A DNA stretch of 64,000 bases from Alphaproteobacteria bacterium (GTDB lineage: Bacteria > Pseudomonadota > Alphaproteobacteria > Micropepsales > Micropepsaceae). The DNA is taken from the NCBI GenBank assembly GCA_021325375.1, contig JAJPHG010000033.1, positions 230 through 64,229 of the forward strand. Reading direction: 5' to 3'. Position numbers and translations under genes: made by a program. The number at the start of each line of letters is the position of its first letter. The first letter of the stretch is position 1. Shown here piece by piece: positions 1 through 8,670 of this stretch. A model generated the notes under the pieces. That model saw nothing but the letters and a program-made list of their open reading frames with translations. It made no database searches and was not told the origin of the DNA.

Positions 1-369
1 CAGTTCGCCGCGTTCATGCCGTTCTATCCCGCCTGCTGGACCTACAACACGCTGCCCGGCCAGGAATTCTCACACCTCGTCGCGGCGCCCCTGCTGCTCG
101 TCACCGGTGCGCTCGACGAATACGACGACGATCCCCATGCGGGCGAGAAGCTCGCATCCTCTCTCTCGCCGGAAGACCGCGCGCGTGTGCGCACGCATGT
201 CTTTGCTGACGCGCATCACGGCTTCGACGTGCCCGGCGTGGACGTCGCGGTGCCCGACCCTTTCTGCCATCGCGGCCAAGGCGGCCATGTCGTGATGCGC
301 CACAATCCGGAAGCGACGCGCGCCGCGCATCGTCTCGCGGTCTCGTTCTTCCGCGAGACGCTGGCTTAG
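1..369 (+). CDS. Dienelactone hydrolase-family protein, C-terminal part (5' truncated by window edge)
   Basis: Frame is open from base 1 (QFAAFMPFYPAC); has PLLLVTGALD (Asp) and AHHGFD (His) motifs of DLH-type alpha/beta hydrolases. Confidence 0.75.
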   Translation, partial: QFAAFMPFYPACWTYNTLPGQEFSHLVAAPLLLVTGALDEYDDDPHAGEKLASSLSPEDRARVRTHVFADAHHGFDVPGVDVAVPDPFCHRGQGGHVVMRHNPEATRAAHRLAVSFFRETLA

Positions 370-1124
370 CGCCTGAACGGCGCGAACATCCGGGCGTGGA
401 TTTCCGCGATGCCGGGATAGTCCTCGATCGCGCGGCGGTCGTCGGCGTCGAGCGCGGCCGGCCGCGGCGCGGAGGAGCGGTCGGCCGACAGCTTCTCGAT
501 GCGCTGAACGACGCGCTCGGGCATGTCGAGGCCCAAAGGCTCGAACAGCTTCTCGCGATAGAACGCGGCCGGGTCGCCCCGCGCGATCAATTCGTCGAGG
601 TTGAGGACGCCGACGCGGCCGGGCGCGCGCGCGATGATCTCGTCGAGCCGCTCGAAGGATTTCACGTAATGGGCGAGGAAGCCGCGCACCTCCTCATAGC
701 GGTTCCAGTCCATCGCCTTGTAGGAGCGCCAGCAATCGAATGGGTTGCGCGCGCAATAGAAGTAGCGCGGCTTCAGCCCCGCCGAGGCGAAATGCGTCTC
801 GTACTCGTCGAACAGCGATTCGAGCCGGGGCGTCTTGTGGCCCATATAGCGCGCGTCGGCGCGGCGGTGCAGCTTGCCGCGCCCGCCCTTCGACAAGAAG
901 CCGAAGGATTCGAACATGTAGTCGGCCTTGCGCTCCAGCCACGCCTCGCGCGTGTCGCCTTGGGCGCGGTCGGCGGCGTCGAGCAAGGTCAGGAACTGCT
1001 TGAGCACCGAGAGCGATATCTCGCCGTTCATCGCCACAAGCGGATGCGCATTGACCGCGCGCTGCGCGTTGGTCGTACCCGAGCGGCCCATGCCGAAGAT
1101 GAAGAGCGGCGTTACGGCGTCCAT
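366..1124 (-). CDS. Sulfotransferase family protein
   Basis: Start MDAVTPLFIFGMGRSGTT at 1124 (5'-PSB loop); RNPFD 3'-PB-like motif; the longer upstream ORF extension overlaps the thioredoxin gene and is not credible. Confidence 0.8.
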   Translation of the reverse strand: MDAVTPLFIFGMGRSGTTNAQRAVNAHPLVAMNGEISLSVLKQFLTLLDAADRAQGDTREAWLERKADYMFESFGFLSKGGRGKLHRRADARYMGHKTPRLESLFDEYETHFASAGLKPRYFYCARNPFDCWRSYKAMDWNRYEEVRGFLAHYVKSFERLDEIIARAPGRVGVLNLDELIARGDPAAFYREKLFEPLGLDMPERVVQRIEKLSADRSSAPRPAALDADDRRAIEDYPGIAEIHARMFAPFRR

Positions 1125-1612
1125 TGCGCCAGCCAGTCGGCGAGCGCCTGCGGCGACATGTGGCGCGCGTCCTCGATGGCCGAGACGCGTCCGGGATTGA
1201 CGATCCGGCCGTCGGGCGTCGCCACGATGATCGCGGGCACCCCTTCCAGGCGCGTGGTGATGCCGAAGCGCGCGGGGATGTCGAGATTCTTGTTGAAGCG
1301 CCCGACATCGACGGTGACGAGCTCGTAGCGGCTCGCGAGGAAGGCGTGCAGCTCGGGCCGCTCCATCAGGCCCGACAGGATCCGGCAATCCGCGCACCAA
1401 TTGCCGCCCAGGTCGATCATGACGCGCTTGCCGTCCCTGCGGGCGCGGGCGAAAGCGGCGTCGACATCGACTTCGGCATTCGCGTCGGCCGCGAACGGCG
1501 CGTCGGGCACGTCGAACTCGGACAGCGAGGAGATGCCGATCCGGGGCGCGGTCGCGGCCGGGGCAGCGGAGGAAAGGAGCAGGGCGGCCAGAAGGGCCGG
1601 AACGAAACGCAT
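1112..1612 (-). CDS. Exported thioredoxin-family protein
   Basis: Signal peptide MRFVPALLAALLL; WCADC CxxC motif. Confidence 0.85.
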   Translation of the reverse strand: MRFVPALLAALLLSSAAPAATAPRIGISSLSEFDVPDAPFAADANAEVDVDAAFARARRDGKRVMIDLGGNWCADCRILSGLMERPELHAFLASRYELVTVDVGRFNKNLDIPARFGITTRLEGVPAIIVATPDGRIVNPGRVSAIEDARHMSPQALADWLAQWTP

Positions 1613-1731
1613 GTGAGGCCTCACGTTTGGCGCGATTCTGCGGGGCGGCGACCATATCGGCAAGTCCCGCTTTCGCCAAAGTGTCATTCCGGTAAGGTAG
1701 AAACTGAAAAATACCTTCGGAGGGGGCTCCC

Positions 1732-3312
1732 ATGGCCGGTTTACTCGCGCGCGAAAGCATCGTCGCAGGTCCTCGTTTCAGCCGCTGGCTGGTGCCGCCC
1801 GCGGCGCTCGCCATCCATCTGTGCATCGGCATGGCCTACGGCTTCAGCGTGTTCTGGCTGCCGATGAGCAAGCTGGTCGCAGGCGCGCCGGCCTGCACGC
1901 ATTTCATCGACGAGCTCACGGCCACGGGCTGCAACTGGACCGTCGCCGACGTCACCCACATCTTCGAGACCTTCATCGCCGTGCTCGGGCTTTCGGCCGC
2001 GATCTTCGGAAGCTGGGTCGAGCGCGCGGGTCCGCGCAAATCCGGCTTCACGGCGGCTTTGTGCTGGGGCGCGGGCCTCGTCATCGGCGGCTATGGCGTG
2101 ATGATCCACCAGCTCTGGCTCGTCTTCCTGGGATCGGGATTTTTGGGCGGCGTCGGGCTCGGCATCGGCTACATCACGCCGGTCTCCACGCTCATCAAAT
2201 GGTTCCCGGACCGGCGCGGCATGGCGACGGGCTTCGCGATCATGGGCTTCGGCGGCGGCGCGATGATCGGCTCGCCGCTCGCGGTGTGGCTGATGGCGCG
2301 TTACGGCGTGGCCGAGACGCTGATGATCCTTGGCGCGATCTACTTCGTCGCGATGACGCTTGGCGCGTTCGGTTTCCGCGTCGCGCCCGCGGGATGGAAG
2401 CCTGCGGGCTGGTCGCCCAACATCAAGGCGGGCGCGATGATCACCGACCGCCACGTGCATGTGAACCGCGTGATGCGCACTCCGCAATTCTGGCTGATCT
2501 GGATGGTGCTGGGCCTGAACGTCACGGCCGGCATCGCGGTCTTGGCGATGGCGAGCCCGATGCTGCAGGAAGTGTTCGGCGGCAAGCTGCTCGGCCTCGA
2601 CGCGCACGCGGTCTTGAGCGACCCGCAGAAGAAGGCGATCGTCGCGGCAGCGGCGGGGCTGGTGGGCCTGCTCAGTCTTTTCAACAGCCTGGGCCGCATC
2701 TTCTGGGCGTCGATGTCGGACTATCTCGGCCGCAAGAACACATACTTCGTGTTCTTCATCCTTGGCATCGCGCTCTACGCGACGCTGCCGACGCTCGGGC
2801 ATCTGGGTCTCGCCTTGGCGTTCGTCGCTTCTGCCTGCGTGATCCTGACGATGTATGGCGGCGGCTTCGCCACCATCCCCGCCTATCTCGCCGACATCTT
2901 CGGCACGCAGATGGTAGGCGCGATTCACGGACGGCTCATCACGTCGTGGTCGGTCGCGGGCGTCGTGGGACCGATGATCATCGCCAGCCTGCGCCAGACC
3001 CAGCTCGCCGCGGGCGTCGCCAAGAGCCTCGTCTACGACAACACGCTCTACATCATGGCGGGGCTGCTGTTCGTGGGGCTGATCTGCAACGCGCTCGTCC
3101 GCCCGGTGAAGGACAAGCACTATATGAGCGAGGAGGAGCTGGCGCGCGAGCGGGCGCTGCAGCACGAGGCGGCGTCGGCGGAAGCGGTCGCGAACGCGGC
3201 GCGCGGCGGCGCGGGCGCGATGTTCATAGGGCTCATTGCCTGGCTCGCGGTCGGCATCCCCTTCGCCATCGGCCTCTATATCGCGCTGCAAAAGGCGGCG
3301 GCGCTGTTCTGA
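1732..3312 (+). CDS. OFA-family MFS transporter (oxalate/formate antiporter-like)
   Basis: About 12 hydrophobic segments; WFPDRRGMATG, GRIFWASMSDYLGRK and YGGGFATIPAYLADIFG motifs; GGAGG RBS. Confidence 0.9.
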   Translation: MAGLLARESIVAGPRFSRWLVPPAALAIHLCIGMAYGFSVFWLPMSKLVAGAPACTHFIDELTATGCNWTVADVTHIFETFIAVLGLSAAIFGSWVERAGPRKSGFTAALCWGAGLVIGGYGVMIHQLWLVFLGSGFLGGVGLGIGYITPVSTLIKWFPDRRGMATGFAIMGFGGGAMIGSPLAVWLMARYGVAETLMILGAIYFVAMTLGAFGFRVAPAGWKPAGWSPNIKAGAMITDRHVHVNRVMRTPQFWLIWMVLGLNVTAGIAVLAMASPMLQEVFGGKLLGLDAHAVLSDPQKKAIVAAAAGLVGLLSLFNSLGRIFWASMSDYLGRKNTYFVFFILGIALYATLPTLGHLGLALAFVASACVILTMYGGGFATIPAYLADIFGTQMVGAIHGRLITSWSVAGVVGPMIIASLRQTQLAAGVAKSLVYDNTLYIMAGLLFVGLICNALVRPVKDKHYMSEEELARERALQHEAASAEAVANAARGGAGAMFIGLIAWLAVGIPFAIGLYIALQKAAALF

Positions 3313-3388
3313 TCACAAGCCCGTAAGCGGCTGGCCCGAACGTCCCCGAACCGCTAAACATGCTCTCGAGGGAAGACGAGGGACCGCC

Positions 3389-5281
3389 ATGAAATCCGTC
3401 TTGTTCGGAGCGCTCGCAGCGCTCCTGGTTGCCAGCATGCCCGCTTGCGCCGCCGCTCCGGCCGCCGACGCCGGCGATGCCGCCAACCCGGCCTATATGT
3501 GGGATTTGAGCGATCTCTATCCCTCGCCCGAGGCCTGGACTGCGGCGCAGGCCAAGGTGAAAGCGCAGGTCGACGGGCTCGACAAGTACAAGGGCAGCTT
3601 GGCCGAGAGCGCGAAGGCGATGCTGACCGCGCTCGACGCGATCTCGATGGCCGGCAAAGAGGTCGCGCGCCTCAACGTCTATGCCTCGCTCAAGGGCGAC
3701 GAGGACGTGCGCGTCGCCGTCAATCAGGAGCGCGTGCAGCTCGGCCAGGCGCTGCAGGCGGAGTTCGGCGAGAAGACCGCCTGGGTCGCGCCCGAGGTGC
3801 TCGGCGTTGGCGCGAAGAAGGTCCACGCATTCGAGACGCAGTCACCGGAGCTCGCGCACCGCTTCGACTTCTATCTCGACAACATCCTGCGCGGCGCGCC
3901 GCACACGCTCTCGCCCGAGGCCGAGGGCGTGATGGCCTCGGCGCAGACCGTGCTCGTGCAGCCCAACAACATCTACAGCCAGCTCTCCAACGGCGAGCTG
4001 CCGTTCCCCGGCGTGACCCTGTCCGACGGCACCAAGGTCGAGCGCCTCGACCAGGCCGCATATTCGAAATACCGCCAGGCGCCGAACCGCGCCGACCGCA
4101 AGCTCGTCTTCGACACGTTCTGGGGCACGTGGAAGAAATACGAAGGCACGTTCGGCGCCTCGCTGAACACGCAGGTGCAGGCCGAGGAGTTCGACGCCAA
4201 GGTGCGCCACTATCCCAACGCCCTGTCCGATGCGCTCTTCGCCGACAACATGCCCGAGGCCGTCTATCGCCAGCTCGTGGCGCAGGCCAATTCCGGCCTG
4301 CCGGTGTTCCATCGTTACTTGAAGCTGCGCAAGAAGCTGCTCGGCATCAACGACGATCTCGCCTATTACGACATCTATCCGTCGATGTTCAAACTCGACA
4401 AGCCCGAGCACATCACCGTCGCCGACGCCGAGCGCATCGCCTTCGACGTGACCGCGCCTTACGGGCCGGAATACGCCGCCAAGCTCCATCAGGCGTTCTC
4501 GGGACGCTGGATGGACGTGCTTCCGCGCACCGGCAAGGCATCGGGCGCCTACATGAACGGCTCGGCCTATGACGTGCATCCCTATCTGCACCTCAACCAC
4601 AATTACGATTACGAGTCGCTGTCGACCTTCGTGCACGAATGGGGGCACGGCATCCACACGCTGCTGGACGACGAGACGCAGCCCTGGGAGAAGTCGAACT
4701 ACTCGACCTTCATCGCCGAGACCGCGTCGATCTCCAACGAGATGCTGCTCAACGACTACATGGTCGCGCACGCCAAGACCAAGGACGAGAAGCTCTTCTA
4801 CCTCGGCCACGGGCTCGAGCTGATCCGCGGCACGTTCTTCCGCCAGACCATGTTCGGCGAGTTCCAGCTCGCCATCCACGAGGAGGTCGAGAAGGGCAAC
4901 GCGCTGTCGGGCAAGCGCATGAGCGAGATCTATTGCGATCTTCTCAAGCGCTATCACGGCGACGCGCAGGGCGTGATGAAGATCGATCCCGCCTATTGCG
5001 TCGAGTGGGCGTTCATCCCGCACTTCTATTACGGCTTCTATGTCTGGCAATACGCGACCTCGATGGCGGGCGCGGCCGAGTTCACCGACGCGATCGAGCA
5101 TGAGGGCGCGCCCGCGCGCGACCGCTACATCGCCATGCTCAAGGCCGGCGGCTCGGACTATGCGTATTCGCTCTACAAGAAGGCCGGCATCGACATGGCC
5201 GCGCCGGCGCCCTACCAGGCGCTCGTCGCGCGGATGAGCCGCATCCTCGATCAGATCGACGCGCTGGAGGCGCAGAAATAG
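3389..5281 (+). CDS. pepF: Oligoendopeptidase F (M3B) with N-terminal signal peptide
   Basis: Start MKSVLFGALAALLVAS; HEWGH zinc motif; GAYM..HPY, FIAETAS, HFYYGFYVWQYAT and LKAGGSDY motifs. Confidence 0.9.
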   Translation: MKSVLFGALAALLVASMPACAAAPAADAGDAANPAYMWDLSDLYPSPEAWTAAQAKVKAQVDGLDKYKGSLAESAKAMLTALDAISMAGKEVARLNVYASLKGDEDVRVAVNQERVQLGQALQAEFGEKTAWVAPEVLGVGAKKVHAFETQSPELAHRFDFYLDNILRGAPHTLSPEAEGVMASAQTVLVQPNNIYSQLSNGELPFPGVTLSDGTKVERLDQAAYSKYRQAPNRADRKLVFDTFWGTWKKYEGTFGASLNTQVQAEEFDAKVRHYPNALSDALFADNMPEAVYRQLVAQANSGLPVFHRYLKLRKKLLGINDDLAYYDIYPSMFKLDKPEHITVADAERIAFDVTAPYGPEYAAKLHQAFSGRWMDVLPRTGKASGAYMNGSAYDVHPYLHLNHNYDYESLSTFVHEWGHGIHTLLDDETQPWEKSNYSTFIAETASISNEMLLNDYMVAHAKTKDEKLFYLGHGLELIRGTFFRQTMFGEFQLAIHEEVEKGNALSGKRMSEIYCDLLKRYHGDAQGVMKIDPAYCVEWAFIPHFYYGFYVWQYATSMAGAAEFTDAIEHEGAPARDRYIAMLKAGGSDYAYSLYKKAGIDMAAPAPYQALVARMSRILDQIDALEAQK

Positions 5282-5291
5282 CTCGCCGCGG

Positions 5292-5840
5292 CTAAGCCGC
5301 TTTCAGCGTCTGCACCTTCGCCCTCAGGCGGAACGCCGCGATCAGCATCGCGACGCCGAAGACGAGCGCATAGGCGCCGATCCACCAGGTCAGCACCAGC
5401 GCGCCGATCATCGGGGCCGCGACGAGCATCAGGCCGTAGACCGTCGACGCCAGCCCGCCGAGCACGAGCCACCAGCGCCCGTGATCGGTGTCGATCTTGA
5501 AAGCGACCGCCAGCATGCAGATGCCGGTGACGATCGCCCATACGGCCAGCAGCCAGACGAAGAAGACGACGGTGATGCCGGGCATCGCCACCGCCACGGC
5601 GCCCGCGGCGATATCCACCACGCCTTCGAGCGCGAGCCAGCCCCAGCGTTCATGGGCTTTGGCGGCGCGCACAGCGCTCACGATGGCAAAGACGCCGTCC
5701 GCGACCGCATAGGCCGCGAAGACCAGCACCAGCGACAGCATCGTGACGCCGGGCTCAAAGAGTGCGATCAATCCGAACACGACCGCGAGAACGCCGCGTA
5801 TGACGAACGCCCACCAGTTCTGAATGAGAACGGAAATCAT
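5292..5840 (-). CDS. hdeD: HdeD/DUF308 family acid-resistance membrane protein
   Basis: Start MISVLIQNWWAFVIRG; repeated hydrophobic DUF308-type hairpins. Confidence 0.85.
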   Translation of the reverse strand: MISVLIQNWWAFVIRGVLAVVFGLIALFEPGVTMLSLVLVFAAYAVADGVFAIVSAVRAAKAHERWGWLALEGVVDIAAGAVAVAMPGITVVFFVWLLAVWAIVTGICMLAVAFKIDTDHGRWWLVLGGLASTVYGLMLVAAPMIGALVLTWWIGAYALVFGVAMLIAAFRLRAKVQTLKAA

Positions 5841-5853
5841 TGCCGGCCTCCCA

Positions 5854-5879
5854 TGCGATTGGCGGGAGAGCATAGTTCC
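5854..5879 (-). promoter_or_regulatory. Possible EcfG (sigmaT)-type promoter for hdeD
   Basis: Minus strand GGAAC(5879-5875)-N17-CGCA; the -10 element is imperfect relative to CGTT. Confidence 0.4.
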
Positions 5880-5991
5880 CCGCCCGGGCGCTGAAAAGCT
5901 GGAGAGGATGCTTCCTTGGTATCGTCCCGAAAGGCGTTCCCGTTCAGTGGCTGTCGCGTTATGCTCCGGGTACGGCAAGGAGCGCCCGTAA

Positions 5992-6288
5992 GTGAAACGC
6001 TTGGCCTATCTGGCGGTGGTTGCGTCGTCGACACTCACCGGCTGCGTCGGCGCGGGGTCCTCGCAGCCGGTGGCGGGCGAGGCGCAGGCGATCCGCATCG
6101 CCAAGGACCGCTGCACCTGGACGCGGCCGTTCGAGGCGAACGAACAGTGGCATGCGCGGCTGCACGAAGGCCAGTGGCATGTGTGGCTGGTGCGCGACCG
6201 CGATCCGCGCGAACCGGTGGTCGGCACGCTCGACATCTGGATCCGCGCCAGGGACGGCGACGCGGGAAGCTGCAACCGGGCGCCGTGA
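5992..6288 (+). CDS. Small lipoprotein of unknown function
   Basis: GTG start after AAGGAG; lipobox LTGC. Confidence 0.6.
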   Translation: MKRLAYLAVVASSTLTGCVGAGSSQPVAGEAQAIRIAKDRCTWTRPFEANEQWHARLHEGQWHVWLVRDRDPREPVVGTLDIWIRARDGDAGSCNRAP

Positions 6289-6290
6289 CG

Positions 6291-6599
6291 ATGTTCAAAG
6301 TCTACCTGCCGCTCTCGGACGCGGCTCGCAAGCGGCTCTACACGGCATCCGCTTGCCTGGTGGGCGTGTTTCTTCTCTCGTCGATTTTTTTGAGCCTCTA
6401 TTGCCGGCAAACCGGCACGCTCGCGCCCGATCCCTCGACCGGACGGGTCTACCGGATGAGTGTGCATGGTGCGATCTACGTCCTGCACTGGCAGAGCGAG
6501 GCGATGCTGCTGTTGTTCTAGGGCATGGTTATGTCGTTCGCGCTGATGGCGGTGGTCAATCCGTATCGCGGGCGCGCGTTTCCGCTGCGCGACGAATGA
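6291..6599 (+). pseudogene. Small 2-TM membrane protein interrupted by an in-frame TAG at 6519-6521 (or a 76-aa protein ending there)
   Basis: MFKVYLPLSDAARKR...; the hydrophobic helix EAMLLLF*GMVMSFALMAVV continues in frame for 25 codons to TGA at 6597-6599. Confidence 0.45.
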
Positions 6600-6644
6600 C
6601 CGGCACCGCGCTTCGCAAGGTCGAGTCCGGCGTGATGAAGCCGG

Positions 6645-7352
6645 TCAGCGGATCTCCCAGGTGATCGACACGTTCGCGGTGACGCTCTGCTCGCCGGCGG
6701 CGACGGGCGTCTGCGCGTTGGCCTTGAGCATGCTCATGGGACGGCCGACGGGCTCGATCGTCGTCTCGCCGCCGCCTTCGCTGATCGCGGTGATGGGACC
6801 CAGCGTGACGCCGGCGGCGCGCGCATAAGCCTCAGCGCGGTCGAAAGCGTCCTTCACCGCCTCCTCGCGCGCCTTGGCGAGCAGGGGCTTGGGATCGGCG
6901 ATGGAGAAGGTCGGGCCTTCGATCTGGTTGCTGCCCGCCGCGACCAGGGCGTCGATCGTGGCGCCGAGCTTGTCGAGCCCGTCGACGATGACGGTCACGG
7001 TGTTGGAGACCTCATAGCCCACGATGCGCTGCGTCACGCCCGGCTTCTCGGCCGAATATTGCGGGCTGACCTGGAAGTTCGAGGTCTGGATGTTCTTCTC
7101 CGCGACGCCGGCGCGTTTGAGCGCGTCGAAGACGGCGTTCATGGCGCGCGCGTTCGCGGCGAGCGCGGCCGCGGCGGAGGGCGCGCGCGTGACGACGCCG
7201 GTGGAGAGCTGCGCGCGGTCCGGCGCATCCCTGACCTCGCCCAGGCCGTTGACGCTGATGAGGCGCGGGGCGGCTGCGTTGTCGGCCCAGGCCGCGGGCG
7301 CCGCTGCCGCCAGACACAGCGACAGAGCCAGTGCGATGCGCGATATCGTCAC
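6645..7352 (-). CDS. SIMPL (DUF541) domain periplasmic protein
   Basis: GTG start with AGAAGGA RBS; signal peptide; ISVNGLGEVRDAPDRA, GSNQIEG and AREEAVKDA motifs. Confidence 0.9.
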   Translation of the reverse strand: MTISRIALALSLCLAAAAPAAWADNAAAPRLISVNGLGEVRDAPDRAQLSTGVVTRAPSAAAALAANARAMNAVFDALKRAGVAEKNIQTSNFQVSPQYSAEKPGVTQRIVGYEVSNTVTVIVDGLDKLGATIDALVAAGSNQIEGPTFSIADPKPLLAKAREEAVKDAFDRAEAYARAAGVTLGPITAISEGGGETTIEPVGRPMSMLKANAQTPVAAGEQSVTANVSITWEIR

Positions 7353-7466
7353 AATGCGGTCCTTCTTTACGGAAATCGCGCTATCCTTCGCCCGCGACAA
7401 GGCAAAACTGGGGCGGCGAGGGCAGCTATATTCAGACCCGCGCCGAATACTGCTAAGGAGGGCCTG

Positions 7467-7543
7467 GGGCCTGTAGCTCAGTTGGTTAGAGCTGACCGCT
7501 CATAACGGTCTGGTCGCAGGTTCGAGTCCTGCCGGGCCCACCA
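7467..7543 (+). tRNA. tRNA with CAT anticodon, most likely tRNA-Ile2 (lysidine type)
   Basis: 77-nt cloverleaf GGGCCTGTAGCTCAGTTGGTTAGAGC...CTCATAA...GGTTCGAGTCC...GGGCCCACCA; the G1-C72 pair excludes initiator Met; the GGGCCTG acceptor stem resembles alphaproteobacterial Ile2. Confidence 0.92.
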
Positions 7544-7711
7544 GTGTTTCGGTATGTTGGCGCAAACGCCGGAAGCAATTTCGGGGAGGCGGTCTTGAGT
7601 GATCGCCATACGCGAAAATAGCCTAACAGAATCAGCGGATTCGCAACCCTGCCGGGACGCACGGTAGGAATGCGCCATGTACGATATTGGAACGCTGTCC
7701 CTCTGCACGGC

Positions 7712-7753
7712 AAAGGCGCGCGCTGCAGCCTCCTGATGGTGCGCGCCTTTTTT
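7712..7753 (+). terminator. Rho-independent terminator-like hairpin downstream of the tRNA
   Basis: AAAGGCGCGC...GCGCGCCTTT perfect 10-bp stem followed by a T run; long loop. Confidence 0.5.
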
Positions 7754-7802
7754 CAATTCGCGGGTTGTTCCCGGGGCCGGAGCGACCTCAGAGCATCGGA
7801 AC

Positions 7803-8048
7803 CTACCGTCGCTCCGCAGCGTAACCCGTCATCTGCGCGCGCCACCGGCCGAGCGCCACGACTGCCCAGATCCCTTCGACAATTCCGAACGGCCACGCGC
7901 CCTGGAGGAAGCCGTACACCGATCCAAGCGCGCACGCGGCGGCGAAGCCGAGCACGAACCACGGGCTTCTTCGTTCGAACGCGTAGCACAGCAACATCGC
8001 GGTGACCGCGAAGAGGCCAAAGAGAGACAATGCATCCACGTCAGGCAT
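7803..8048 (-). CDS. Small hydrophobic membrane protein (about 80 aa, 3 TM)
   Basis: DALSLFGLFAVTAMLLCYAFERRSPWF...GFLQGAWPFG is a fully hydrophobic, protein-like sequence; start at 8048 (ATG) or 8039 (GTG). Confidence 0.75.
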   Translation of the reverse strand: MPDVDALSLFGLFAVTAMLLCYAFERRSPWFVLGFAAACALGSVYGFLQGAWPFGIVEGIWAVVALGRWRAQMTGYAAERR

Positions 8049-8144
8049 CCGACAGCTTCTGCGGATAACAAAATCATTCCCGAACGCCGTCAACAAGACG
8101 CGCGCAACCATGGGCTCGCGCTCTTCCTTGCGGCTTTTCCGGCC

Positions 8145-8191
8145 ATGGGAGCTTTATGCCCAAGCCATGCATTCCGCATGGATTTTTTACG
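8145..8191 (+). promoter_or_regulatory. Tandem 14-bp motif pair (33-nt period), site 1
   Basis: ATGGGAGCTTTATG (8145) and ATGGATTTTTTACG (8178); the second copy starts 85 nt upstream of ATG 8263. Confidence 0.65.
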
Positions 8192-8262
8192 CCTGTCGAC
8201 CCTATCACTCGTCACCTCGATAGCCGCGGTTCGTCGGCGCCAGCGGGTAGGGACGCAGTGCA

Positions 8263-8517
8263 ATGGCTGAGGTTTTCAGGTTCCAAGACCTATTTGACGA
8301 CCGTCAAGTTAATTCGCGTCGGCCAACACGGGAGCGGGTGACGCATGATGACGAGATGGACGACTACTGGCCTGATGTATCGAGCCGCTACACACTTGAG
8401 TGTCCGCAAACCCTGAAGCGGGTCTCGCTGCGAAGCGTCTTGTTCGAAACGTTTCTGGTATTCGCGGGCTCGGGCGCTCTTGTTCTGGCGGTATGGTTGT
8501 TTGTCCCACAGCCCTAG
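8263..8517 (+). CDS. Small C-terminally anchored membrane protein, paralogue A
   Basis: MAEVFRFQD...YWPDVS...VLFETFLVFAGSGALVL aligns with the ORF at 10108. Confidence 0.75.
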   Translation: MAEVFRFQDLFDDRQVNSRRPTRERVTHDDEMDDYWPDVSSRYTLECPQTLKRVSLRSVLFETFLVFAGSGALVLAVWLFVPQP

Positions 8518-8577
8518 CTTTGCACGGTCCTGCGTTTTTGAATTCAGAGCAGCCAGCGCGTCCACAAGCCGGCACCG

Positions 8578-8624
8578 CATAAGAATTCCATTGGGATGTA
8601 CGATCGAGAAAATAAGGTTTCCTG
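8578..8624 (-). promoter_or_regulatory. Tandem 14-bp motif pair (33-nt period), site 2 (no obvious downstream ORF)
   Basis: Minus strand CAGGAAACCTTATT (8624-8611) and ATGGAATTCTTATG (8591-8578). Confidence 0.6.
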
Positions 8625-8670
8625 CAGGGTCCGCTCTCGTGACCGAAGCAACTTCGTCCGGCGCGCCGCT

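Noticed and set aside
7467-7543. Initiator or elongator tRNA-Met call
   Set aside because: The paired G1-C72 excludes fMet and the acceptor stem fits Ile2 better; elongator Met is not fully excluded without tRNAscan/TFAM
7544-7700. Possible att site or integrase remnant after the tRNA (CCTGCCGGG recurs near 7648)
   Set aside because: Only a 9-bp match to the tRNA 3' end; no integrase motif and no longer duplicate found by eye
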